The notes under the pieces: generated by a model
The model's database searches: none
Seen by the model: the letters and a program-made list of their open reading frames with translations, nothing else
What the model was told of the DNA's origin: nothing
DNA from: Chlorokybus atmophyticus
Taxonomy: Eukaryota; Plantae; Mesostigma and Chlorokybus algae
Assembly: GCA_009103225.1 (NCBI GenBank)
Contig: RHPI01000773.1
Coordinates: 478,519-542,518, forward strand
Length of the DNA: 64,000 bases
Direction of reading: 5' to 3'
Program-made: the position numbers and the translations under genes
Shown here: positions 27,690 to 40,731 of the stretch, piece by piece
Layout of the letters: every line of letters starts with the position of its first letter
Position numbering within the stretch: the stretch's first letter is position 1

Positions 27690-30600
27690 CACAGACGCAC
27701 AACATGGGCAGCAGCAGCGCAGAGCAGGAGGAGCCGCAGTTTATCATTTACCTGTCCTACCTTGACGACCCCATCAAGCAGGTGTGCCACATATACAGTC
27801 AACCAGTCACGTGCACACACGCTTACGCACACCTACGTGCAAATGCAACTGCAAGCACACGCGCGCATACACACACAAGCGCACGCACGCACACACGTAA
27901 CCAACTCTACTCTGTGCGCAGATGGCAATGTTTTATAGGACGATGCAGGACAGAACCAACGCGCGCACCCGCGTGAATGCGGCCTTCCATTAACAACAGC
28001 AAAAACCGCTTTCGGGCCCAACACTGTTGGCAACAACAATTCAACCCAGAAAAGTCTGCTGCTGCTGCCGCTCGCGTAGGATTAGGGGTAGACATGTCTG
28101 TTGAACAACTGTTTGTGTGTGTTTTGAGGGGTAATTAGTGTACTGTATGTACCGCTACTATAGCAAGCGGCTGCTTATATAATATAAGTAGCAATGTTGG
28201 CTTAATACTAAGTAATCAAGATGTCTGATAGGCAGTCAATCATTGACTGGGCATAAGTTTTTGCTGTACACACAACATCAAGACTTTGCGCACACGTCCC
28301 CAGTTGCCACAAACGAACGGCCACTCACAATGTTGCAACAAGTGTCCACCACATTGCCACGTAAGTCCTGCTCCAACAACCTTAGCGTGTCCTCATCGAA
28401 CCGCACAAGCCATATGTGAGGCGTGTGCGGTTGGACTGACAAGTCGCTTGCCTGCTCCACCTTCATCAAAACACTCTCCATTATGCGCATTTCATCCAGC
28501 CTGCCTTCAACGTTTATCAGCAAGTTGCCGGCTCTACACGCAATCGTCGCGAGCGCACCCCTTGTTCCTTTGTTGTTTTCAACAACCACAACATACCCAA
28601 CGTCGTCGCCTGCATGAATGCATCAGTCATCAGGTCAGAGCGTGCTGCAGGACTTCAGCCAGCCTCGCGACCAACCTGAAGCCGGTGAGGACACGCGCAC
28701 AATGGATATCGCCGCTGCTATCGCCGCTGATAACCGCCCCGCAGACGCTGAAACAACTGTAAACGATCACACCAAAGGTTCTCACGCATGCGAATCCGCC
28801 ACACACACCTCCTGCAAGAAGTGTATGCGCGCGTGCGCGCGCGCATGTACGAGCGTGTGTGCGCGTGCGAGAATGTGTGTGCGTGTAGATATTGGGTCGC
28901 CAAAGGCCTATGAGGTAGTAACTGTTGTGCGATGTGTCTCCAGAACTCTCATAACTGGCAGCGGGCGCATTTGCTGGGAGTGCGGGCGACTTCAGTGACC
29001 ATGTGAGTTGTCGTGTTATGGAACAGATTCACACCAAGTGCTGCACCGCATCTGCACAGGAGGGCTATGAGTAATAGCCAGTGTTGTATGAAGAAATAAC
29101 AACAACAACAACAACAATCCCAACCACAACGCGCATGTGTCTGACGTTGTGGTTCTGCGTGGGTTAAGCGCAGAGCTGCACGCGAGAGAGCCGCGCCCTT
29201 GTGTTTGACCAGACATCAACACTACCATGTATCTGTAACGGTGATGCAAGCTACACATGCGCACTTATGCATCTATTGCACCACGCGCACGCACATGCAT
29301 GCATGCACCTGCACTCACATGTGCGCACCCGCACGCAAGCGTGTAACACACACGTGTAAAGAGACAGTTCACACTTGAGAAAACTTGTTCATTCCTTCAA
29401 CGTTCTGATGGCTTGCTGAAGCCATCCTAGCGGTTTTGCCCATGGCTCCCGTGGCCAGCTGCCTACCGTCCCGGGCTCCACGCTACGGCACACACATGAA
29501 TACTGTGTCCCTCCAGCACTCGCCGCCGTTCCCCAGTTGCATCGATAGCTACCAGCAGGCGCAGGGGGCAGGTGAGCTTGCTTCTACTTTGCCTTCATTT
29601 TGTCTGTAAGCATGCACAGCCTGAGGCACGAGGCGCGGTTTTGAAGGGTGTTTGCACCGTTCGTGAGCGACAAGCAGTGTAGAGAAAACGGCTGCAAAGT
29701 TGGCTGGCTCTCCGTGATGTATGGTCTCATTGCACACTGTGGCACGCCTTGTGCGGTGCGACCGTATTGCACTCTTGTTGAGCAAGCTGCATGCTAAGTT
29801 GTTCTATACCTGAGCAGCCATTGGCATGCATGCAACAGCAGCAGACTGGGCTCTGTGCGTGCACACCCAAACGAGCGAGGGACGAAAAGCGCTCTTCGAC
29901 TATGCTTGGCACACAGTGATGGAGGTCGCATTACTACGTCGCTGCACAACACTGGCAGTTGCAGCGGCGCAGCATGAGAAGACCCTTTATAATTGACATG
30001 TTCCTACGGTGACGACCCTAGCAGGTGTGACACACATACAGTTGCAAACACAAGCGCGCATAAACACACGCGCTGACGCCCACGCAGCAACTTTCGGTTG
30101 ATAGTGGACGAGGGCTGTTGCACATCCAAGTGATGTGAATGGTGTTGTTGAAAGTGTCGAACAACATGCTCACTGAGTCTATGGAGCAGTGTACACATGG
30201 CTCAAGGGCCGTAGCCATATGCAGTCAAACGTGTATGCAGTGTTCCACAAAGCCGTAATTGCAACGTGCTTGCTGAATTGAATGACCGCCGCTTGCTTAA
30301 GTATGCCATATTGTAGCTCATCGTGCCCCAAAACAAGCGCTGACACACTGCGCGCCTTGTGCTTGCTGGTTTGTTACAAGCTCTGAAAGAAAGTTGCTGT
30401 AGGTGACCATGACGGCATCTCGACATGATGTACTACATGTAGAAACTGTAAACCGCGCGTCTGTGCGTGCGACAATGTGTGCCCATGTGCGCGCGCGCAG
30501 AGCCTGGGTGATTACCTGTTTGACAGTGGGTGGGTGGGTGCATGGACACCTTACTGGCAGTGTGATTGTGCAATAAGGGGACCCCCCCCCCCCCCCCCCC

Positions 30601-33000
30601 CCCCCCCCCNNNNNNNNNNNNNNNNNNNNNNNNNNNNNNNNNNNNNNNNNNNNNNNNNNNNNNNNNNNNNNNNNNNNNNNNNNNNNNNNNNNNNNNNNNN
30701 NNCCCCCCCCCTCCCCCTCTCCTTTCCTTTGGGGCCCGCGTGCGCACTGGGGGGTAGCAACCGCACCGCCAACGCCATCGGGCTCTTGGGCTAAACAGCA
30801 CCAATGACGCGAGATGACGATGCCCTGCTTGTCATTCATTGACAACGGCAATGCACGAGCTCATACTTGTACTTGCTGGGATGCAGCTCGTTGAGGTTGA
30901 CACACCCGCCTGCCGAAACTCCAGCTTGTTGGCTAATGTAATCTGCACAGTCTCCCCTCACACTTCTATAACCCAGGGCGGCGGTGCCCACAACTCCCGC
31001 CGCGGTGTTGAACTACTGGCCCGACTGGAGGCCGTTGCACCTGCCGTCAGCTTTGGTACAGGGCGGCAGTTGCATGCACACAGCATGGCGCGTGCCACGT
31101 CAACCGCCGCAATGTCGTGGGCACTGTCGTGGGTGGGGGGGACCCTGCAATGCACGTGTAGGCGTCGCCAATGACGTTGACAGAATCAGTACAGGGGTGG
31201 AGAGGGTGGAAGCCCACCATGTCGCTGAACAGGCTATCAGTCTCGCGGTCGTAGATAGGGGCGAGGACACGCGGCTCGGCTTCACCAACTCCTTCTGCAG
31301 CAGAAAATGGATCAAGTTCTGCGTTATTGCTCCTTCACCTGAATGAGAGCGTGAGAGCAATGCGCGAACACCGCAGCTACGAGGAAGAGAGTCTCAACGG
31401 CGAGGAAGGCGGTGCCCACGGCGACATACATTGTCCCAGTTGTTGTGGCCGTGGCTGCGTGCTAAGAGGGTACCAAAGAGGGTGACAGCGCAGATGGCGA
31501 CGCTGGGCATAGGCAACGGTGAGGCCACACGCGAGCATGACGATGGGGAGCTTGATGGCATGCTCCCCGTCGTAAGGTGCAACAAGGTGGTACTCATGAC
31601 CATCGCCATCTGACAGTGGTCATGACCTCCGCCTTGTTGACGCGGCCGTGGCCCTCGTTGCGCATCCGCCAGCACCATCATACACCGCGCTGCCCCGTCA
31701 CCAGCCGCTGCTGTGCGAGGGCACGCACTCTGCGCCTCGGTGAAAGTCAAGCCACCGACATGTACACAAGATGCGTGCGTATGTGCACGCACATGCCTGT
31801 GTGTTTGTCTAGATACATGTACACCTGCGCACGCGCACATTCCACACACTTCATGCACACGCGCGTACGCCTCTCACCTCCACGCACGCTTGCGAGAGAA
31901 GGACTCGTGCTGGTCCGCCGGCTGCATGGACGCGAGGCCGTCAGTGACGAGAAGGAACCTACCCTGTCACCATCAACGACACCAGCATTTTCATCACACC
32001 CAACAACCACATTCACAACAGCAACATCTTCGTGTGTGCATGGGCGCGCGCACGTGTGTGTGTAGGCAAACAACAAGGAATGGTGTGACTGAGATGATGA
32101 TTATGTTGCGGCTGTTCAGCAACAACAACAATGTTCACACCCCCACAACGACATCACCCTTGTCACTCCCACTCAGTACCTTCTCCAGTCTTGCGCCCGC
32201 CTCCACATTGCGACCGTTGTTTGCGGAGCTGCGTCTCCTCGCCAGCGGGCATGTCCCTTACAGCTCTTGTCGTCCTTCTTTTTGTCCTCCCCGCCGTCTT
32301 CATCATCGCTGGCATGGGCTTTGCTGCTGTTGCCCGACGGCAGCACAGACGCACCAAATGAATGAAATGGCAGACCTCAGAGAAGCGCCCCTACAAACGG
32401 AGTGGCTGTTGTTGTTGTTTTTGTTGTTGTTGATGTGGTTATTGTTGTTGTTGTTGTTGTGTTTTTGCTGCTGTTGTGCGAGGGCCAACGAGGTGTCACA
32501 CGTGTTGCACGCTTTGTACTCGCTTGTGGCGTTGTTATGTGCATACTTGGCAGTATAGGCCGGTGGTTGTTCGCATTGATAAGCAGTTCCAGCTCGGCGC
32601 TGCACATGGCACAACTCTACGATGCATTAACTCAACTTGAAATGACGCTCGCACTGATATGCTTGTGCAGAGCCGGACCCGCATGCACACGCGCGCATCC
32701 ACGCAGGCGCAATCAAGTACGTAAAAGCGCTGATTGCAAGCTGATACGTGCCTTGTCACGGTGAAGAAGAAGGAAATGCGCGCGCGGGTGCTGCTGTTAA
32801 TCATACATAATAAGCTGAATCAAAATTACAACTTCAAGCCACAGAAGCTGCTATGAACGGCACAGTATTAAGTTGGAAGATTAGCAGCAGGACCTCACAT
32901 CACGATCACACAAGTACAAACTATGCGAGCTACAGCGTCACTCTACAGACTGTCCAGCGGCTGAAGTAAGTTACAAGCAACTGGCACAGCGCTGTCAACA
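27690..33000 (-). pseudogene. Mosaic of decayed duplicates: inverted ARMC2 fragments, one WD40 repeat and the kinesin 3' end
   Basis: 28278-28760 matches the ARMC2 last exon (RLAEVLQHAL; RFDEDTLRLLEQ vs RVDEDTLRLLDQ); 28940-29065 matches exon 8; ~32480-32570 matches exon 3 (TGLYC vs TGYC); WD40 unit at ~29430-29545; kinesin 3' flank-like sequence at ~30000-30600. Confidence 0.65.
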
Positions 33001-33599
33001 CGACTCTTTCAAACAACCTCACACCATGAACAGCCCCTCCCCGCACGCGCCGGCATTGTGCAATCTGCGGCATACGAGATGACTGCTGCCAAGACTCGTT
33101 GCAGAAGTCTTTATATACACTAGCACTTGGCATGCTTATTGCATGCATGCGTCAACTACCTCAGGTCGAGGCTTCGCCAACTCGCATGGCCGATCTTGTA
33201 CTCCTTGCTCTCATCCAGCTGATTAAAGTCAAGTATGTGCAGCGGTGGTTCCGAGCCCACCTCCACCAAACTCCACCAAAGCCACCCAACCACATCTTGC
33301 AGGGGAGAAATCCTTGTCCGGCCACTTGTAAACCTTGTGAGAATCCAACTCATCAAATGCGAGGATATGTCGTGGCGGGTCGGAACCCATCTCCACAATG
33401 GCAACCCCACAGTTTGTGCGCCAGATGTCGTATGACTCTTGTGAACCACAAACAAGCAGCAGCAGGCGACCACGTTCGTCCCATACACGCAATGTTTTTA
33501 TTGTATCTGGCCCTCCTCTGATCAGTAGAGGTCGCTGCTGACTACCAAAACCTGCCAGGCAGTGCGTGCATTATATGCAACTCATGCCATGTGTAACGT

Positions 33600-34660
33600 C
33601 CCACGGACAAGTGGCACACACTACTCACGCACCGCCTACTTGTAAGCATGCATCCACAGCAAGCTTTGTGTAAGTATGCACCTTGCTGGGACAGCTCCTT
33701 GATTGTCAAGGTGTGAGACATTGTTACGTAAAAGACTTGTTCCTGTAGTACTCTCTAAAAAGCGCTTGGAAATGTAGTCCTTTGGACATCACCTGCCGGT
33801 GCTGTATCGAGCGATCAACTTGTCACGTTTACATACCGATTCGCGCGTGTTGTAGTGTCAAAATTCTCTTACATAGGAACAAAGCTCAGGGGTCAAGGCA
33901 TCCCTCCTTTCTTGTCTTCGCTTACTACTACATAGTTCATTTATAGTGATGTAATGCCGGTTAATGTGGAATAGGCTAAGAAGGGCTTGTGAAGCATTAC
34001 TGAATAATACACAACCTTTGAGGCTAGCGACTTTTGCTACCATGGCCTAGTCGGCCAAGCCCCGCGTTACATTGGCAATCGGAGCTCAAAAGGCCGTAAG
34101 TTCGAGTCCCTCCGTGACGCAAAGAATTACGCGCGAGTTGACAGGTTTTCGCGACCATCGGAAAACGATCCAAGGCAGCTAGTGAGCATGGTTACGATTT
34201 TAACTGTGAGGTTAAGTCGACTGTTTCGGCGCGCAGTGTTGCTGCTGCGCGGCAACGTGGCAAGTCGCCGCGGAAACTACGCAGCATGACCGGTAATGAC
34301 TGGTCATGGCCGGACGCAAGCAAGCCCTGCCGGTCAGGAAGGACCAAGATGTGCAGGTAAAATAGCGGTTAAAGCCGGGTTGAATGTAATGCCGGTTAAT
34401 GTGGAATAGGCTAAGAAGGGCTTGTGAAGCATTAATCAGCAAAACACAACCTCTCATGGTAGCGACTTTTGTACCTACAATGGCCTAATTGGCCAAACCC
34501 CGCGTTACAAGTGATGCTCGAATAAAAGCGTTTGCGCTTGGTCATGAGCAAAGCCGATGCATTGAATTAACTTTGCCACCTTCATAATTGAGCTGAGTTT
34601 TTGCAGCCTTCATCAGCACATTACGTGCCGCACGATGAGCTTGAAAATGCGATGCCTGCC
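33600..34660 (-). pseudogene. Possible DNA-transposase N-terminal fragment interrupted by the second TRIM
   Basis: Removing the TRIM restores KRKRFYSSITINELCSSKRRQERRDALTPELCSYVREF*HYNTRESVCKRDKL, resembling the R..R.DAL....V..FW N-termini of some plant and algal transposases; family not assigned. Confidence 0.3.
33950..34509 (+). mobile_element. Second TRIM-like LTR element (560 bp), different family
   Basis: LTRs TGTAATGCCGG...CGCGTTACA at 33950-34071 and 34385-34509; PBS-like TGGCAATCGGAGC; 5-bp TSD AGTGA. Confidence 0.88.
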
Positions 34661-35510
34661 AGGTCTCCTTGAAGGAGCCAGAGCCACCAACCCAACAATG
34701 GGTGTTTGTAATGTCAGTTGCATTGTGGATTTATTGTTGATTGTAGTTTAATAAATCATTGCATTGGCAGACACGCTGCTGCGCGGTTCACACAGCCAGT
34801 AGCATCATGTCCGCATTATAAAACACCCACTGCATTGCAGCGAACCCTGCTGCAATGCGGTGGGTGTTGGTGATATTTTTTGCGAGTTGTTTTGTGGTTT
34901 TTTGTTAATTTAATTATTTGCACAGCTTTCAAACTTGTGTGCATTGCAGCACAGCCAGCAGCGTGCATGTGCAGATGTTGCAGTTGTTAGTTGGTTGCTC
35001 CTTGTATTGTGTTTTCAGTTCCAGTTGAATAGTTGTGCACACATCAGCTTCCAAAGCTGTATGCTTGCATTGCAGCACAACCAGCAGCATGCATGCATTA
35101 CAAACGCTGCACCGCACTACACTTGTTGCCATGCAATCATGGTGATTGCGGTGGCAACTGCTAATTGATCTGCTTTTATAGGCCACGAGGCTCCAAGAAG
35201 GGCAAGGAAAAGCAGGCGCAGGACAAACATCCCAAGCAACCCAAGCCAGCGAAGATAAGCAGATTAAGGTAAGAGGCTAGCAACTCCCCTGGCATCCCTT
35301 GTGTACTGCACATAAGCATATAATATACGCAACGCTGCTTCTCAATGCGTGTGTATTCCTATATACAAGGGATGTTAGAAAAGTTTTGCTAGCGACTGCT
35401 TGCTACTATCTCACGCGCAATTGGGAAAGCTTTGCTAATTGCCTGGTGTTCTCCCACCGCTAAGATAGCAAAGCAAGCTGTGTAGACATCCAAAAACAAT
35501 GCTGTGTACC

Positions 35511-37725
35511 TGTAATTACTTACAGGGTTCCCAACCAAGAAAGAAAAAAGGGATTAGGTTCATCTGCGCAAGCAGCCTTACTCTCGCAAGAAGAAGTCAG
35601 GAGAGCCTGCATCGCCCGAAGCGCCTCTAGAATTATCATTGTCTCAACCACAAGACACATCAAGCAACAAAGTTCCTTATGTTGCAATGTTGTCAGATGT
35701 CTCCAAAGAAAACCAAGACAAGGTGTGACGGTGCTCGTGCCTTGCCACATGTGAGTGAGGTCCAATCAACAACCCTCTCACCAAGGCATAGTATTCACAC
35801 CGGAACCTTGCCCCCTCTGCCAAGCACACACGCGCGCCCCGCCACTCGCGTACGCACGCGCATGCGCTCGAAGCTACACACCGACTTGTGTAGCGCCTTG
35901 GATCGTCACACAAGCAAGCACACACCAGTGGACACACGCTAGAAACCCTTGCTAACCACCACTAAGCTTGCACACAAGAAACTAGGGAGCTAAAGGTTGT
36001 ATTGCAAATTGTAAAATGTCACTTTTATACCTACCAGTCTGCACATGCTACTGTCTAGACGATTCTAGCGCTAGACGGAATTAGAAGCTAAAATATTCTT
36101 GCAGAGTCTTGTAGCACACTTCTAGAACTTTCTGATGCACCAAAGATCTCCTCATTTGCTGCTCATATGGTCAAGTTATACTACTTGGCGCCAGGCCCTT
36201 CCGGAAATCTGGTCGAGCCCTTCTCGACTAGCCCTCCATTTTCTGTCGTCTTCCATACTGGCCCTGGACCGATCGATATCTGCGGCAGACTTGCAACTCG
36301 CCGATATCCGCCACAAGTCATGAGAGAAACATGGTTTCTCACAAATAAAGCCTAAAATGGCCATGAAAGTCACAAAATTTGGCCTTGACTATTACACTCC
36401 TCCCCCCTTAGGTGAGCTTCGTCCTCCAGGTTGTCGTCGAAAAAGATAGTCACGCACAACGTCTCAAGCATTAGCCAAGTGTGCCTCTGGCTCGCAGGAT
36501 GCTTCATGCAATGGATAGCCCTTCCATTTCACTAAGAACTTGCGCACGCAACGCACAAACTTCTCACTAAGGATGTCTTCTACCTCCCACTCTGGTTCAC
36601 CATCCGTGCGAACTTTGGTGGGCGGCCTTTCTGGCGGTTGTCCTTGATATGCCTTCAGAAGGGAGACGTGAAAAACGGGGTGCACACGCATGGTGTCGGG
36701 TAGCTCCAGCTTGTACGCCACGTCCAAAATAACTTTGCTGACCTTAAATGGTCCCAACCAGCGCTTATTCAGCTTACGAACTTCCGTACGCACATGTACA
36801 TGCTTTGCGGAGAGTAACACAATGTCACCTTCCTGAAACGTGAGGTATCGGCGATGCGTGTCCGCGTATTGCTTCTGCCTGTTTTGTGCCACTAATAGCG
36901 CCTCCCTAGCTGCTTTATTAATGTCCGCGAACTTTGTGAGGAAGTCAATAGCTGCCTCCACACGCAGGTCATGTTGTCACGGTGTCCATGCCGTCAACGG
37001 TGTCAATGGATGTTGCCCGTAGTTCATAAGGAAGGGAGTGACACCAATGCTTGCATTGTGGTGGTTGTTGATCGCAAACTCCACCAACTCAAGCAGCCGC
37101 CCAATTGTCTTGTCGCGCGTTAATGTAGCAACGCAGCATGTCCTCGATCGCACGATTAGCCTGTTCCGCTTGCCCATCAGTTTGCGTGTGGAATGCCGTG
37201 TTAAACTTCGGTGTGGTACTCAGTGCACTACGCAGCGCCTCCCAAAACTTACTTGTAAAGCGCGGGTCGCGATCACTCACAATGCTTCGTGGTAATTCAT
37301 GAGAGCAAAACACATGCTGCACGAACAAGCATGCTGCTTCCGGTGCTGTGCAAGACTCACCACACGGTGCCAAGCGTAGCATTTTGCTGGTTTTGTCGAT
37401 GAACACAAGTATAGCGTCTTACCCTTCTTTTGTCTTTGGTAGCCTCGTGATAAAGTCCATGGTAACTTGCTCCCACTTAGACAATGGCACAGGGAGAGGT
37501 TGCAGCAATCCACCTGGCTTTTGGTTGCTTGCCTTCACCCTTTGGCATGCGTCGCACAACGCCACGTAGTCGCGCACATCGCGATGCATCTTTCGCCAGT
37601 AAAACCGCAGCTTCAAGCTTGCCAAAGTCCTCTCTAACCCTTGGTGACCAGCAATGGGCACGTCATGAGCTTCCTTCAGCAACTTCACACGGATATGCGC
37701 GACGTCGGGGATGCGCTCCACCTGC
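35511..37725 (-). mobile_element. Ty3/gypsy chromovirus, 5'-truncated (integrase, chromodomain, PPT, 3' LTR)
   Basis: Integrase zinc finger (EAHDVPIAGH...CDACQ), core (VTMDFIT, IVSDRDPRF, TDGQAE), GPF/Y (WLGPFKV, HPVFHVSLLK), chromodomain (WEVEDIL..FLVKWKGYP); PPT AAGGGGGGAGGAG; LTR TGTAAT...ATTACA 36396-35511. No gag, protease or RT upstream. Confidence 0.9.
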
Positions 37726-37759
37726 GTAGTTTACAGGCATGTCTTAGTGGCATCAAAAG

Positions 37760-38870
37760 CCACTATTTACTGCAACGCGTCTGCAAGCCTGTAGTTTGGG
37801 GCTACAGCATTCCTGAATTGCTAATGATGGAGTTCAGAGTGCTCACCGTAAGCAACAAGTATGCGAGGTGGTTGACTGTCAGCTGCCGGCGACCAGGTGT
37901 AGTGACGGCGTAAAACCAGCATTGCACGATCATTTGCCAGATCATGGATTGCCCCATTCATGGATGTATCTCCTCCGCTCTGGGTCTGCAGTGTCGGTCA
38001 CCTCAAATCTCCGCCATGACTTGTCTGCGACAGTCATACCAACAAGGCATTAATCACGATATAGATAGTTCAAGTTGAGCCTGCACCAGGCTAGAATAGT
38101 GCCATTGACTTACTTTGGAGTGCGTTGCGCATCTGGGCTTTTTGGGTCTCGGGGTCCATTAGGGCGTCGATGTGCCTGATTGAATCGGTTACAATAGGAC
38201 GAGATGAGTACGTGTGTATGGAGGCTGAGTAAGAAGGCAGTGTTGCATAGCAGACATGGTGGTGAGGGACCCAACTCACTTGCGCTTGTTGCTGTTAAAC
38301 AGTGTCCAGTTGTACTCCTTCTCAAGGACATGCTTGATCTTGGTGACGTTCTCAGACCGGACCTGCGTAGCTTTCTTCAAGGCGACACTCCAGTGGAAGG
38401 GGCACTCCTTGGGAGTCCAATACACCTCATAGAACTTGGCCGCATCGGCCTCGTCGTCATGGTCGAAGCCAACTACCTGTCACGGGCAGGTTGGTCAGTG
38501 TCACGGTGCAGTGCGGTCATGAAGCATTCACAGCACCTGACACATGACGTTCACAAATAGTGTCCTCCTTGGGATAAACGTGGCTCTCTACCAGTAGCCG
38601 TGTATGATTTCAACGACGGCATCTCGCAAATGCTGTCCACAGAAGAACAATCCGTTACACACATACACACAATGTCACAGTGTCACACAATGCTTACCTC
38701 GTTGCCAATCTTCCACTTGCTTGAGGAAGGGTTGCTGACGGCCGAGGTTGCCACGTCACGGCCAAATGCGTTTGGGTTGGGGTTTTCGATCGACCCTCCG
38801 CGAGCACAACCACATGAGTCATGCCAGCCATGAAATATGCAACCCTCACAGTTGCAAAAGAAGAACAACG
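37760..38870 (-). pseudogene. Spliced gene with Cys-rich and Agenet/Tudor-like segments, probably part of the large DNA element
   Basis: GT-AG exons join as ...CNCEGC...KWKIGNE|HLRDAVVEIIHGYW*RATFI...|VVGFDHDDEADAAKFYEVYW...NSNKR|KHIDALMDPETQKAQMRNALQ|; the Agenet call is tentative. Confidence 0.4.
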
Positions 38871-39336
38871 TGCACAGTGTATCCAGAACGCATGCAGTGA
38901 GTCACTGTGCTAGTTATGAAAGAAGCAAGCATCCAAGTTAGAAGTTGAGCAAGAAGCAGCGTGCACAGTGCATCAAGAACGCATGCAGTCTAGCTTGCCC
39001 TTGCGACTGCGGTGTCAGGTGGAGTTGTTGTGATGTGCTGGGTTAAGCGCGGGGTCTTACTGCGATTGGTTGGCGACGGTTGCCTGGTTGAACACTGGGG
39101 GCAATGTGGATAACTGGCACCGACCTCCACGACGAGGTGCACCTACGGATGGACCACAAGGCATTTCTCCTGATAGTCGGGTGCCGCCTGTTTAGCTGAC
39201 ATTGGCGCTGCCGCCTCCAACGCTGCCGCCGCCGGTTGGCCCGCCCGAATGTACGAGGCGCGAAAACGAAAATGAGGCGGTTTTGAACGTCTATAGTCCC
39301 GCATAAGAGTTGCACTTGTAGTGCGTCCTTGCTCCT

Positions 39337-39500
39337 ATGGTTGATGGTACAACTTATGCATTCGTGCCATCTATGCTTCGTACAACCATTGGTAACAATG
39401 GTTGTGTCGTAACATTTATGGTACGACAAAGGCATCTCTCGTCCAACCCCAGCCATTGCCGTACAATGGCTCTGTCGTACCATCCATGGTACGACAGAGG
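39337..39500. promoter_or_regulatory. Cluster of ATGGTAC/GTAC motifs with the palindrome TGTCGTACCATCCATGGTACGACA, between divergent genes
   Basis: At least four ATGGTAC (either strand) plus TCGTACAA and CCGTACAA in ~160 bp; regulatory function is inferred. Confidence 0.5.
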
Positions 39501-39679
39501 CATTGCTCGATCAGCCCAAATGGGAGTTAGCGTGCACTCACCCAAATACGCTTCATTGATGACCGGATGATGGCACGCAGGGGCCAGGTCGATGACGGGT
39601 CGAATGTCAGGCTTGATGGGCCTGGGTTCGACTAGGAGGCGGAGGACCAGAAGTCGGCGGCGGCGGCGGCGTGGCATAT

Positions 39680-40723
39680 CTTGCGAGAAGTTGTGGTCGT
39701 AAGAGTTCAAGCAGCGAAGCCAGCTACTACCGGGCGCCACGTCATGGATCATGGCAGGCGTCAGCAATGGGGCTGTCCAACATGCATCACCAACATTGGA
39801 AAAACCAGCAGGCAAGCCATTAAAGACCATCTTCACACAGAGAGCTGCTTGGTGGCTCACTTTCTGTAACAAGGAGTGGATTATGAGCTGTAGTCCTTTG
39901 AGCCCCTTGTCGGAACCATGCGGAACCAATTGCGGCTGTGGAAACAAGCACAAAGAAATCCAGAGGTACGCTCAACAGTCACATGCATTTCCTTGCAAGA
40001 GCAGTTTGTTTTTTAGCGCAGTCCATGTTATATATGTAGCGTGGCTGCAGGCCTCCACTATTCACCCATACCCACCCTACAGTCAAGCCGACATTGCGGA
40101 AGCCAGAGCAGATAGGCAGAGCTGGGCGGCGGTATGTTGTTGCCAGTCTCGCTGTGCATGTTGACTGCATGCACCTCCAATGCATGCCTACCTTTGCATG
40201 CTAGGATGTGCGTGAATGTGCGAAGTCGCGCGCGCGTGCCGAACGAAGTAGGCTGGGTTTGAGCACAGGAGCACGTGGCCATTCGTCCGGCATTCAACCA
40301 ATAGTGCATCAACCAGCAATGACGCAGGTCATTGTTTGAAGCAACAAACAGATGACGGTGTGACACAGTTGACTACTGCAATTGCAGTGTTGCAAGCATG
40401 CAGCTAACCCACATGTGATTGGTTGACAGCACCACAGTGCACTAGGTCATGTTGGAGCTCCTATGCAAGCCTGGAGTCAATTCCATCAACTGGTCCTTCA
40501 ATCCCACTTGCTGATGGGCGCGGCAGCAATGCGGCATCAGTTAAACATGCATGTTGGCCTGTTAAATCCCAACATGTCCATTGGGGCAGTGGCGCATGAT
40601 GTGCCCATGGTTCACGAGCTCCGTGACGAGTCTGCGATCGAGGGTGGCGGGGAGAGTGCACCCAATACCACTTTGTCAGCCCCCATGGCTTCCCCTGCTC
40701 CATGCAGCCCACGTGCCATTGAG
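39680..40723 (+). pseudogene. 5' part of the zinc finger-OTU-RING cargo gene, ending at the inversion breakpoint
   Basis: WGCPTCITNIGKTSRQAIKDHLHTESC zinc-finger-like exon with a donor at CCAGAG|GTACG; last exon ends ATTGAG|GTAAGT 8 nt before the breakpoint. Confidence 0.45.
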
Positions 40724-40731
40724 GTAAGTCG

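Noticed and set aside
38091-38870. Gypsy gag knuckle or RNase H upstream of the integrase
   Set aside because: No retroelement motifs; the segments are bounded by splice sites and read as a different gene.
38893-38907. CAGTGAGTCACTGTG as partner of the 63264-63278 candidate terminus
   Set aside because: Same orientation as the right end, short and imperfect, so not a TIR.
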